Source: Zootoca vivipara
Taxonomy: Eukaryota
Reading direction: 5' to 3'
Length of the DNA: 64,000 nt
NCBI RefSeq assembly: GCF_963506605.1
Contig: NC_083287.1
Coordinates: 49,228,001-49,292,000, forward strand
Positions 11,856 to 23,447 of the stretch are shown here, one piece after another. Numbering within the stretch: position 1 is the stretch's first letter; every line of letters begins with the position of its first letter. The notes beneath the pieces are model-generated. The model was not told where the DNA came from, did no database searches, and saw nothing but the letters and a program-made list of their open reading frames with translations. The translations under genes were made by a program, and so were the position numbers.

Positions 11856-12757
11856 GTAAGTAACTCTGAACTATTTCTCTGACCATGCAAGGAGAGCTGA
11901 CTTGCCTTAATCCATTTCGGCCACACATGCACTTTTCCTCCAAAGAGCTTGAAGCAGTTTGTGCTTCATTGATTTATTATTTAATCTGAAGTTGGATGTT
12001 TAACGGAGGCAGAACTTCATGAAGTACAGTTTTCTATAGAGAAGCTAGGGTGTAAACCAATCGATCTTTTTAAATTTGTGCACATACTATGGCTTGTGTT
12101 TAGAAATCACATATGCAGAAAAGGAATAGAAGCAACACTTCTCTGCAGCCTTTTGGGAAATGAGACCTATGAGCTTGAAATTATGTTGGATCTAAAGTTA
12201 ATATAACTGCTAGCCTTTAAGGCTACTCTTTCTAGTTCAGCTCTGCAGAAATACATACAGTACAGTGCTTTTCTTCAGGACGTACTCAAGGGTACACAGT
12301 ACTAGCACCTCTCTTGCCCCCCCCTCTTTTTTTTCTTTTTTGGTTAAAAAGTGTGATGCTCACTGTAACAACTTCATGGTGAGTACTGACACCTATTTTT
12401 CTAGGGAAAAAAGCACTGAATATATGTGTATGGAATAAGTTTCACAGCCTTAATCTAAGACTGGAGGTCATGGTGTATTTCACTCAAACAATGATCTATA
12501 AGTCAAGGTTTGTTTTTGACTTACAAATCATGATTTGTGTTTGGGTGAAACCAACCACAGCCTCTGGTTCAGACATAATGGTAAGCCATAGATCGCATAC
12601 TTTTTAATCCATTAAGAATAGTTAACTGTGATGTGAAAATTTGGCCAATGAAACCCAGGTTATTTTTAGTCTCCTAAAGAGTAAAATGGCCAGTTTGAAC
12701 TGAAGTGATAGACTTTTCCTGTGAAGCACTGAACTGCCCTTTTTCTCATTTGTCCAG

Positions 12758-12825
12758 CATTCACAAAGCTGATTACAGTAAATGGGCAGGAATATCATCT
12801 TCAAGTAGTTGACACAGCTGGCCAA
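12758..12825 (+). CDS. RHEB: RHEB coding exon 3 (TFTKLITVNGQEYHLQVVDTAGQ)
   Basis: AG/GTAAGT boundaries; contains the G3 DTAGQ motif. Confidence 0.98.
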
Positions 12826-14156
12826 GTAAGTGATGTTTGTTTCCCTGATAGTATTTCCAGTGTTGGTATCCTAAAATTGGTACGGTGGCTTAAAGGACTT
12901 AGGAGAGAAGGTTATGGCCCTTTTAATTATTTTCAAGTAGAAATTAGACGTGTGTATCACACACACCCATTTTGCATGCACAAATTTTGCCACGTCCCTT
13001 CCCAGTGCCCTCTGATGTTGCTCCAGCACATGCCCCACCCATGGCATGCTCCAGTGCTATTCCGCTCCCGCACCCCCTTCTCCCTGCCCTAGGCAAATGT
13101 GTCCTCTTTTTTTGCTCTTCAAAATATGGCAACCCTAGACATCAATTTCATCATTTTAGCATAATCAAGTTCATGGGAGGAAAATTCCCATTTCCCCTCT
13201 TCCCTAGCAGCCTCTCTGGACCTCATTTCACATTGTGCAGTAGGAATTCCTGACCCTCCAGGCAGACACTTGTGGGAGCATAGGTGGTTCAAGGAGGGAG
13301 AAGGGAATGGGAAACTTTCCCTCTGCGAACATCCTAAAGTCACAGGAAAGAAGAGGGAAATTGTGTTTACTTTTGTGTACTTACAGTTGTATTTCAGTTA
13401 GTAAAATAAAAATCTTTAAACAGAACCTTGTTTTGAATTTGTCTGCTTGCATTGTCATTAAGAAAGTTCCTTCTTTCAAGCAAGCTGATGCCAGTGGGAG
13501 TATAAAGTCAAAGTTACCTTAAATTCTGAAGGAGCAATGAGAGATCGATCTAGTGCTCACATCTGTGGAAGCTAAAATGGAATTTGATCAGTGCTTTGTT
13601 GATAACCTACTATTTGCATTACTTCATAGTCGAAAGATCATTTGGCATCTTAAACAGTATTGAGCAATAGTATTGAGCATGTTCTAAGTTATTTAAGTAG
13701 ATGTCCAATTTCCTAACAGATATAATACTGATAGGTTTAAATGTCAAAATTCTCTTGTCTTGACACACTGTGTCAAAGTTGATGCACAGCTTCCCATAGG
13801 GCTGTTTAGTAATTGTAAGTTACCAGTTCTCACATTCAGTGCCGCTCTTGTAAATGCATAGTGAGTGCATGAGTGCATCATGCCGGTGAAATGTCAGCTT
13901 TCCTGTTTGGTGCCTTCCATTTTCAGCAGTGGCACTGCTCCTGTAGACCTTTGTAGAGGAATTGTAATCCTTCAGCTATGCAAAGAATTCACTAGAATGC
14001 AAGACAGCAGTGAAAGGAAGTCAGTACATGTACGTTCATGCACAGCATTTTAACAATGCAAGGATTAAATGCGCTTAATCCTAACTCAGTTCTTCAAGCT
14101 TACTAATGAGCTTGTGTGGCAGCAAAACATTAACGTGCAGCTTTATCTTCCAACAG

Positions 14157-14239
14157 GATGAATACTCAATATTTCCTCAGACGTACTCCATAGACATTAA
14201 TGGATACATTCTTGTTTACTCAGTCACATCAATAAAAAG
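14157..14239 (+). CDS. RHEB: RHEB coding exon 4 (DEYSIFPQTYSIDINGYILVYSVTSIKS)
   Basis: CAACAG acceptor and GTAAGT donor; Rheb switch II sequence. Confidence 0.98.
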
Positions 14240-17200
14240 GTAAGTCATGCCTCCAATTCCTGCTATCAAGGCAGTTTCTTAATTTTGAGCTGTTTCAGAC
14301 TTTGGCTGCTTTAGTCCCCCTACTTCGATTGAAAATGTGGTGCAAACACATCCGAAAAAATATTTTGCAGGACATGGGTTGAGTGCCATAAAAACATACT
14401 GAGTTTTTATTTATTAGCTTTCAGAGTAGTATTGCCTCTCACTGACATTCTGGGAGCCATGAAGTGCAAGCTAAATTGAGAAGTACTATAAAAGGGCAGC
14501 ATCCATTTGCTCTTCATGAAGCAAAATTGTAAGACCGAGAAGAAAAAAACAGAATAGTATTTCAGGCAGTTGTGGTTCTTTCCTCTGCCTTTGCCACCAA
14601 GCCAGCTACCAAGTGGCACATTCCACTGACGCTCTTTCATAAATAGCATAAAACTGCCAAAGTAGGTTTTGTGCTCAGAAATATACATACATTGACTATT
14701 GAATATGTATAAAAATTACTCAAAAATCTATCTTGCCATATAATAGTTTTATTTTACTTACTTTCTTAGACAATTAATTTTGTTCTCAAGTGTGCATCAG
14801 TGGTACCTGCCAATATTGTTTTGCTGCCTTCTCTGCAAATGCACACCAGTATGCCTGGTGTGTAGGTACCGAAAGTTGTGGTAACCAAGCTGCAACCTAC
14901 TCTGACCTACTAATGTGCCATGTGTCAAGCATTCTGGTATCGTAGGAACAGATCCATTGAAACTGATGGGCAAAACTAACTTGGGTCGATAGATTTCAAT
15001 GGGCAAACCCTGAGTAGAACTTCGTGTTCATCTGTTGAAACGAATATTGCAAAGCCTTAGAACTGAACTTGCACACAACTCAGTGGGTATCAAAAGTGAG
15101 GTCTGAGAATTTGTCCCTAGGCTGAATCTTCCACTCATTTGATATTAACCCTTCTGCCTTCCTGAAAGAGAAACCTTGGCACCATTTCAAGGCCATTAGT
15201 GCTTGATAACCTAAAGCCTATTACTGTGGGTAAAAGATTGCTAATGGGATATAGAGCCTTTCATGTTGAGTTCGCTCACGATGTTGCTTTGTGGCATTAC
15301 CAACCTTCAGCTGCCTGGTAGCCTGTGAAAAATGAGAGTGCAACCTTGATCCATTTGCAGTATGCTCTGAGGGCTCAGACAGATCTCCTTATTGGGGCAG
15401 TGTATGTGGACACTTTGTACAGGATAGCAGAAGACAAGAGTTTATTGGACTGTGTAACCTTGGCTCTTGAAGTCAGTATTGAGGCATTCTTTTTCTTTGG
15501 AAATTTCCATTCTTTGAGCTCTGCTTTCTGTGATGGGCTCAATTATCACTTTCTCATATGTGTGTGTTCTTGTCCGCAGGGTGGATAGCAATTTATTTGC
15601 TTTTCTTTCTTTCTTTTTAATAGAGAATTTTAGAATAGGCTTCTTGTTAAGCCTGTTTGCAGTCTTAATAAAAATGTTGATGTTTTAATTTAAGTTTCCA
15701 AATTAATATTCTGTAAACCTTGTGGTACTGTCCTCTTGCACAGACTTAAGTGAAGGTGATTTCTAACTTCCTTTTGAGAGCAGCAGACTGAAGAAAATAT
15801 TGTTAGGAGACAACAGCTGTTTGGGACTCACCATAATGAATAGAAGGAGGGTCATGGTGACCACATGCTATGCCAAGCCATGTGGTTAGTTTTAACCGTA
15901 ACACTTCACCTCCTCCCTTAGTTCAGCTGCTAAAGAAGTCCCAAGTCAGCTGGCTTGGAGTTGCCTCTGAACAGAGTTCTTGTGGTGTACTTCTCTCCAA
16001 ACAAACCGCAATGCAAGGCCTGACTTCCCAGTCATGGTTTGCTTCCCTACTCAATTAAGGGAGAAGCGAAGTGAGATCTATGCACAAACACACACACACG
16101 TTTTGCTTGAAATGAGCCCCACAGCTTGCTTTAGTGTCACTTGTGACTGCGGCCTCTGTGAACTTCATACCCATTATAGCAAGCCTCCAAGGGCATGGTC
16201 ATGTGTCTCAGCATTGTTGCGATCTCTTGCCCTTTAAGAATATTTTATTCACCGGTCTGCTGTTCTACACCTTAAGCTATCAGACATGAATTGGACGTGT
16301 TCTGCTCCCACATGATCGGGCCATAAGCCACACAGGAGGGAAGAGCACTTGGGTCTTGAGCTGCTCCCTAACTTGCCCATTACCCTCTTGCCAGCTCATC
16401 ACTATGCACTGCATTCCAGGAGCCTAAAGTAGATTGAGAAGGCACTGTGTTGCATCCGTATTCTGTCCAGGATATTTGCTAACCTTCACTTCCAGCTGTG
16501 GCCCCACTGTGCTATATTGAAAGTTGTTCCAGAGAACAACACACACATACACCCCCCAAAAAACACAAAAACTTCAGGAGTGGCTGGAATGGGACATGAG
16601 GGCTGTAGTAGAGCCACTTACAACCCTCTGGATCCTACCTTGTTTTCCTGGAGTTAACTGTGTTCTCACACACAAAGAATAAACACTGGCACAAGTTCTG
16701 CATTTACTTCTCTCGTAAATTCCTGGTACCTGTCAATACTGGAGAGTATGCTTAAGCTGTACCTCTGCAGTAATTTCGCTTCTGTTTTTGAGGAACATGA
16801 GAGTTGCAAATATATTTCCATTCTAATGTCTTGCATGTCTCAGACGTGATCTCTCTTATTTCCTCCTTATGTGTAAAGTTGTTTCATGGGGGTGAACAAG
16901 GCCAAGCCTTGGCAAGTGTTGGTACTGGTGAGCTCTGCAAATCCTAAACACCTTGCAATGCAAGCGGTAGGAAGGGAACATGAGTCGTCTTATGTCGCAG
17001 TCTACACTGAAATGTGAAGCAAACACCAGCAAGTTCAGGCTGTGCCTGAAGCACCACACGGACCAGCTGAGTAGAGAAAGTGAAAGCCGTGGGGTAGTTG
17101 GCTTAAGTTGCTGGAGTTTCCTCCCCCCAGTGTTAGGTGCAGATAGCGGGCAAGGGCCTGGGGAATTTGTGATGTAAATATTGTAGTCCATACATAAAAC

Positions 17201-18013
17201 GTAGGGTGATATGAGTTTGGCCTGCTGGTGGGAGGTGAAAGGAGCAGGGTGAACGCAGGACCTTGTGCATCTCCCTTTTCAGTCAGCAAATTGTTTTTAG
17301 ATTGTACTGTGCTGTGTTGGAATTCTGCCATTGGTGTTTTATGGATTGTCTTCCATTTACATGAGCAATCAAACTGTCACAATGACAGTTCTGGCTTTCT
17401 CCAATTCTGTTTACCTTTCTGTGCCAAAATGAAGTCCTGACCTCATTGACCCAGTTGTCCTTCATGGTCAAGGTCACACTGTGGTGGAAACTTCTGCATG
17501 TACTCCCACTGCAGTTGTGCAATTCTCCCTTCCTTTCAGTGAGGCTTGCACAGCTCACGTTCCCAGGGTTGTGCAACCAGCCTACACAGAACATAAACTG
17601 CTTTGGAAGTGACCTGGTATATAACAGTATCGGGTTCGTGTTACGTTTTGGAAACAGCCTCTTTAACCCTGAGTTTGTGACTTAAAATAATTATGGTGTT
17701 TGATGCTCAACTTTATCACCTTTTGCTGTTTAAAAGAAATCAAATTCATACACAGCTCAAGTAATGTCTCGCTTGCCATGTATAAGCCAGGGTGCAGGTT
17801 TTAATTTCTCATTTTTTAATTGTGTAAACATGATGAGATACCATTGGCATCGGGGCTTCACTTAGGTTTTCCAGAAAATAGAATTCCCAGTAGTTAAATG
17901 AGGTAGTGTTTGCTTGTGGCTTTGATCTTTGTAGAATTATTTGTGGGCAGGGTAGAAATGCCAGAGGGTGCAACGTTGGAGGGCGTGTATGATGTCATCC
18001 TTTTATTTTTCAG

Positions 18014-18070
18014 TTTTGAAGTGATTAAAGTTATCCATGGCAAGTTATTGGATATGGTGGGAAAAGTCCA
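18014..18070 (+). CDS. RHEB: RHEB coding exon 5 (FEVIKVIHGKLLDMVGKVQ)
   Basis: Polypyrimidine tract plus CAG acceptor and GTAAGT donor; Rheb translation. Confidence 0.98.
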
Positions 18071-18179
18071 GTAAGTAGTAACACTCTCATTTCATTCCAT
18101 GTTTCATTTTGCTGTCCTATTACTCTGCAGACATCAGCTTCTGCTCTGAAAGTGATTTGTGTTGTTTTTAATCCCATAG

Positions 18180-18227
18180 GATCCCCATTATGTTGGTTGG
18201 GAATAAAAAGGACCTGCACATGGAACG
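18180..18227 (+). CDS. RHEB: RHEB coding exon 6 (IPIMLVGNKKDLHMER)
   Basis: TAG acceptor and GTATGG donor; G4 NKKD motif; 109-nt intron 5. Confidence 0.98.
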
Positions 18228-18999
18228 GTATGGAATATTTCTCTTGAGATGAGTTAAGGCAACCCTGCTAAGCTTAAAATGTTGTTATGCATTGTATACA
18301 GTCATACTCTTAGTAGGCCCATTGAAATTAATAGACGTTACTGACCTTGATTCTTTATTTATTCATTTCAGTGGGTCTAACCTCTGTAGAACCTAGAAGG
18401 ATATGCTTCTCTGACCATAACGGTCTGCAGACAGCTATAGTAGTCCTATGCCTTGAAATGTTTTTGTAATTTACTACCTTTCCTTCTGATACATCACCTC
18501 AGATACCACAGCTTACCTCATTCCAGTTCCTATTCCTGGCTTTTATTTGATAAATTCAACTAAGGTTGGAATGTTGGTCAGTTGTTGACCTACTTATCTG
18601 CAGAGGAGTTGTGTAGGAGGCCAAGAATGAGCTATATTTGTCACACTTGTGCCCTGCTATTCCTCCAAGGAGCTCAGGTCATCCTACTTGGGTTGGTACT
18701 AGTATTGCTTTCAGGTTTTAGAGTTGCAATTAGTTTTTAAAACGTAGCATTTTGGCCAGGTCAGGTTCAGGTAAAGTTGCCTGAGGGTAACCTGTTGCCT
18801 GGATATTTGTCGCCGATCCTCTGGTGGATCTTACTACTGCCGGGGCAAAGTTGATTTTTAATTTGACTACTGTGTCCACTACAACAATAGAATTCCCGTA
18901 ATCTTCACTAGTCCCCTTTGCTGATTGGTAAAAAGTCACTTGCCGTTATAATCACACATTTATGGTGACACATAAACTCAGAATTATGGTAATATGGTT

Positions 19000-19310
19000 A
19001 TACTCCTTCAAGCAGCTCGTGGCTCAGCTGTGGAACTCATTGCCTGAGGAGGCAGTGATGACCACCAGGCTGAATGGCTTTAAAAGAGAACTGGACAAAT
19101 TAGTGAAGAATATGGTGATCACTATGGCTATGCTCTGCCAATCACAATTGGGTGCCCTATGCTTCTGAATATCACTTGCTGGAACCAGCAGAGGGGGAGA
19201 GTGTTCTTGTGTTCACATCCTGCTTGCTGGCTTCCCATAGGTTGGCCACTGTGGGAACAGGATGCTGGGCTACGTATGCCCTAGACCTGATCCAGCAGGC
19301 TCTCCTACGT
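19000..19310 (+). mobile_element. CR1 LINE 3' fragment
   Basis: Translation QLWNSLPEEAV...GFKRELDK is the CR1 ORF2 terminal motif, followed by a CR1-type 3' UTR. Confidence 0.75.
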
Positions 19311-19834
19311 TTTTAATAGACAGGATAATTATATTTCTGCCACTACTAAAAAAATTTCTCTTAGAAGAGAGATGGTCCAGATAATACCCTCATCCATGGG
19401 ACGTTGCTTAGCCTGTAAATGGGCACAGCCTTAACTTAGTTATTTTTCAAAGTGGCTGTACCCAAAATAATACGCAACATGCTTGTGAAGTTGCTGTTAG
19501 AGATGGTGCCTGTGTTGTTGATTCCAAACCTGTGTGATCAGCAGGGCTTTAATGTTATTGTGTGACTAAGCTTTGGCTTTCATTATGTGTCTTCTAACAA
19601 TACACTCAGCTCCCCTTCCTTCAAAACTCGGTGTTGCCTGCTTCTTGCTCTAATTGAAAATTGATGTGAAACCTTCTCCATGAAACATTGATAATCCAAA
19701 CTGTAAACATATCTTATCTGGATCTGTTGGACGAGTTCTCCTAAATCTTACATATAATACAGTACGACGAGCAGTCAAATGGTTGGAACTTTAATTTAGA
19801 GGGCTCTTACTATGAATAACTCTCCTTTTTTCAG

Positions 19835-19916
19835 GGTGATCAGCTATGAAGAAGGGAAAGCTTTAGCAGAATCCTGGAATGCAGCTTTCTTGGAATCTTC
19901 TGCTAAAGAAAACCAG
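19835..19916 (+). CDS. RHEB: RHEB coding exon 7 (VISYEEGKALAESWNAAFLESSAKENQ)
   Basis: TTTTTTCAG acceptor and GTAG donor; G5 SAK motif. Confidence 0.98.
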
Positions 19917-21557
19917 GTAGCCAATTTTCTTCTTCTAAAGGGCTGAAGTTGAAATAGGAATTGCTGCTTAATTATGAATGTGTTTCCAGGGAAATGAGAG
20001 AAGAGCTACCCAAGTCAACCTTTTACAGCTTGCTCATGACCATTTGCATAGTGGCAAACTCATCACTTGGGCGTTTGCATCCCATTGACTGTTCCTAATC
20101 TGGAGATTACTGTGATATGTCACCATATGATGAAATCTTCAGGCAACAAGACTGTCATGTAACTATTACAGTCATCAGAAGATTAATGCGGTCACATGAA
20201 TGCAGCCACTTGAAACTACAAAAAAAACAAGATTAGTTATGGGCGATGCAAACTGGGAACCTTGTTAAAACATGTATTTTCCATAGACTTTGTTGCATGA
20301 CTGCATCAATTTATCCTTAAGATGCAGAGGTAGGGTGGACTCTTGCTTTGCCACCACAGATTAAGAGCTCCTTAATTTTGTAACATGAAAGGATCCACTA
20401 AAAAGAGCACTGGCAGTTTTAGACTTGAACTTGAGTTAAAGCAGCACATCATATATTCACAAGGAAAAATGGGAGCTGAATTGCTGTTTTAGAATATCGG
20501 GGAGGGTATCTGAATGTTTCAATAAAATTGCATTCCTGTCTACCTTCAGGAGTAAAGAAACAGCATGTAGAGGTGAAACTTCTGTAGAGCAAGCTATTTG
20601 GGATTCTGGAAAAAATCTAATTGCAGAGGAAATATATTACGTTAATTGACCAATTGTGGACAATTTGTGCCTGGGAAACGTTGTACTGACAAATACCCTT
20701 TTCATTTGATTTTAGATTTTAAATGTCACATGAGATACAGTACATATCTGACATTATATGAGGCAATGTTCAATTAACTGTCGTATTGCACTTTTAAGAT
20801 GCTTAAGGGACTGCTTGAATCCATTGGAACAAATTTGGAAGGAAGCCCAGTTCCGAATTGTACCTTGTTGGCAAATGACCCTTGATGAACAGAAAAAAAA
20901 TAGAAAGACGAGCATTGGATTCTCCAAGTGTGCCAACTCAGAAATGCCGAGATAGTTTCACACAAATGATTTGCAGCATTCTCATTACCAAAACCTCCGC
21001 TTCTTCGTTCTTTACTATATTTTCCCTGCAACTATTACTTCTGCAGGCAAAAATTCTTAACAAGTTTCAGTACAAGAGGAAAAGAGCTTTTAACATGAAA
21101 AAAATGAAACATCAATAGCAACTAGGTGATAAGAGATTATAATTTTTTAAATAAAGATACTGAAGGGCAACATTTTTGTTCAGGGGACAGTTCTTCCTAT
21201 TCATTCCTTAAATATTGGGGTGCCTTTCTGTGCTACCTTCTAGCTCAATAATGGAAGTACCTTCTGAAAAGCATATTTTCCTCCAAATCAAAATGCAGCT
21301 CCTGGAGCTTATTTGAGTCAACTGCCTCTTAGCATCTGTTAACATCGCCATCTAGTTTCTCAGAAACATTTCCCTGGCCTTCATAGCTTCCAGCTCTGTA
21401 ACTCACTTCACATTGGGTTATGAATTCAGGCTCATGTCCCTGAAATAGCCTCGTAGCCTTCTGAGATGAGACAGCTAATCTGTCCACTCCCAATGCTCAG
21501 GGCAGGTAACAATACTTACAGTGCAACACAAGTAGGTATGAAACCAAATTACTATTA

Positions 21558-21836
21558 CAGTCATACCTTGGTTTAAGTACTCTTCGGTTTGAGTACTTTC
21601 AGTTTAAGTACTCCGCGGACCCGTCTGGAACGGAATAATCCACTTTTCATTACTTTCAACGGGAAAGTTCGCTTCAGGTTAAGTACGCTTCAGTTTAAGT
21701 ACTCCGCGGACCCGTCTGGAACGGATTAATCCACTTTCCATTACTTTCAGTGGGAAAGTTCGCTTCAGGTTAAGTACGCTTCAGGTTAAGTACAGACTTC
21801 TGGAACCAATTGTGTACTTAAACCGAGGTACCGCTG
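21558..21836. mobile_element. Tigger-like MITE with an internal 91-bp tandem duplication
   Basis: CAGTCATACC...GGTACCGCTG termini and TA TSD; units 21601-21691 and 21692-21782. Confidence 0.85.
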
Positions 21837-22298
21837 TATATTTCACTGGTCTCATGCCAGGCCTAACAAAGAGGTCTTCGTTACACTTTGGAAAGCCAAC
21901 CAATTTACACTTTGGCTTGAAACTTCAGCAGCATGGTGGTCTGCAGTGATCTTCCCATGCACTGTGCAAGGTACACAAGGCCCATTCTGAGCGATTTTGG
22001 CTCAAGAGGCAGTTCACATGTTGAGCATCACTTGCATATTGCAAGAAAAAGGAAGGCTAGCAGGTCAGAGTTCAGCAATGAGAGTTGGGTGGGGAAATAA
22101 GGCAATCCTGATTTTTTGTGTTGCTTTTATTGCATCGTGTCACATGCATATCCATCTCAGGCATGCTAGCAATGCTGAGCTACAGCATGTTGTCACCTTT
22201 CCTCTTCTCATCCTTGTTCACTATTCTAAAACAGTTACAGCGGCTGCTGTGCTTTCTACTGCTTGAGACTCTTAATAGCCCCTCTGCCTTCTTTCCAG

Positions 22299-22391
22299 AC
22301 TGCTGTTGACGTCTTCAGAAGGATAATTTTGGAGGCAGAGAAAATTGACGGGGCATCTTCACAAGGGAAGTCTTCATGCTCGGTGATGTGA
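22299..22391 (+). CDS. RHEB: RHEB last coding exon (TAVDVFRRIILEAEKIDGASSQGKSSCSVM*)
   Basis: CTTTCCAG acceptor; ends in the CAAX box CSVM and TGA at 22389-22391. Confidence 0.98.
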   Translation, partial: TAVDVFRRIILEAEKIDGASSQGKSSCSVM

Positions 22392-22790
22392 TTGCCCACC
22401 GAAGGCTGAACACTGAGAATATGTTCTACCTTAAGAAGCAAACTGCCTGTTCCCCCTCACAGCGAAACTACGCTTTTTCTTCTTCTGTTAACCTGAACAA
22501 TATAAAGTCAGTTGGAGACTTTTCCTTCAGATTATGTTAAACTCTGACTCCTGTGCAAAAAAAAAGGCTTCACTTCCATTTTCAAATTTTAAGCAATCAT
22601 ATTTTCAATTTATATATTGTATTTCTTAATATTATGACCAAGAATTTTACTGGCATTAATTTTTCAATGTAGTTGGGTTAGAATAATCATCCAGATAATG
22701 CATATTGTTACACTACTATTAACTAGGCTTGAATATCGGTGTTTCTTTGTGTTAAATGTATACTTGTAAATAAAATAGCTGCAGACCTTT
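22392..22790 (+). other. RHEB: RHEB 3' UTR (proximal isoform)
   Basis: AU-rich, repeat-free stretch after the stop codon, ending at AATAAA 22769-22774; resembles the mammalian RHEB 3' UTR as recalled. Confidence 0.8.
22769..22774 (+). terminator. RHEB: RHEB polyadenylation signal AATAAA
   Basis: Canonical hexamer followed by GT/T-rich downstream sequence. Confidence 0.75.
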
Positions 22791-23213
22791 GTGTGCCCTC
22801 TGCTTAACAGGTTCTTTACATTTTTTTAATGCCGTTTCTGAAAAATACCTAGTCCAGTATGCCACCTGTATGATGGAATGCTTAAACTGAACAATTTCAA
22901 AGGTCAGTTACAGGAAAAGACTGCAGTTTTTTAATTTAACATATTTGGTTGTACTTTCCAGGTTTTGAAGAAGAATTATGGCTTGTTCTTGCGCTTTGAG
23001 CAGTATATTACCTCCCCCTGGCCATAATTGTGGTATATTTACTGCTCCAGTAACGGGTGAACTGAATGCATATTATCTTTTTAAACTCAATCTTGTGAAC
23101 GAGGTTCTCCCCCCGCTGCCAGTATATTTCCTCACTTTCCTGCCAGTATGATCCAGTTTCATCCTCTTCACTCATTTGATGTGGGCCTAAAGCTTTCATT
23201 CCACAATAAACTA

Positions 23214-23447
23214 CAGTGGACGCTCAGGTTGCAAACGTGATCCGTGCAGGAGGCACGTTTGCAATCAGTCTGCACACACGCAGGTTGCGATTCGGTGCTT
23301 TGCGCATGTGCAAAGCGCAATTTGCTGCTTCTGCGCATGCGTGATCGCCAAAACCTGGAATTAACCCATTCCGGTACTTCCGGGTTCGGCGCAGTGCGCA
23401 ACCCGAAAACGCACAACCTGAAGCGTTTGTAACCCAAGGTATGACTC
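23214..23447. mobile_element. Tigger-like MITE, CpG-rich with GCGCATGCG-type motifs
   Basis: CAGTGGACGCTC...GGTATGACTC termini flanked by TA. Confidence 0.75.

Noticed and set aside
21601-21800. Short repeated TTAAGTAC motifs resembling a spaced array
   Set aside because: These are internal MITE subrepeats in a vertebrate genome, with no unique spacers or cas genes, so not CRISPR.
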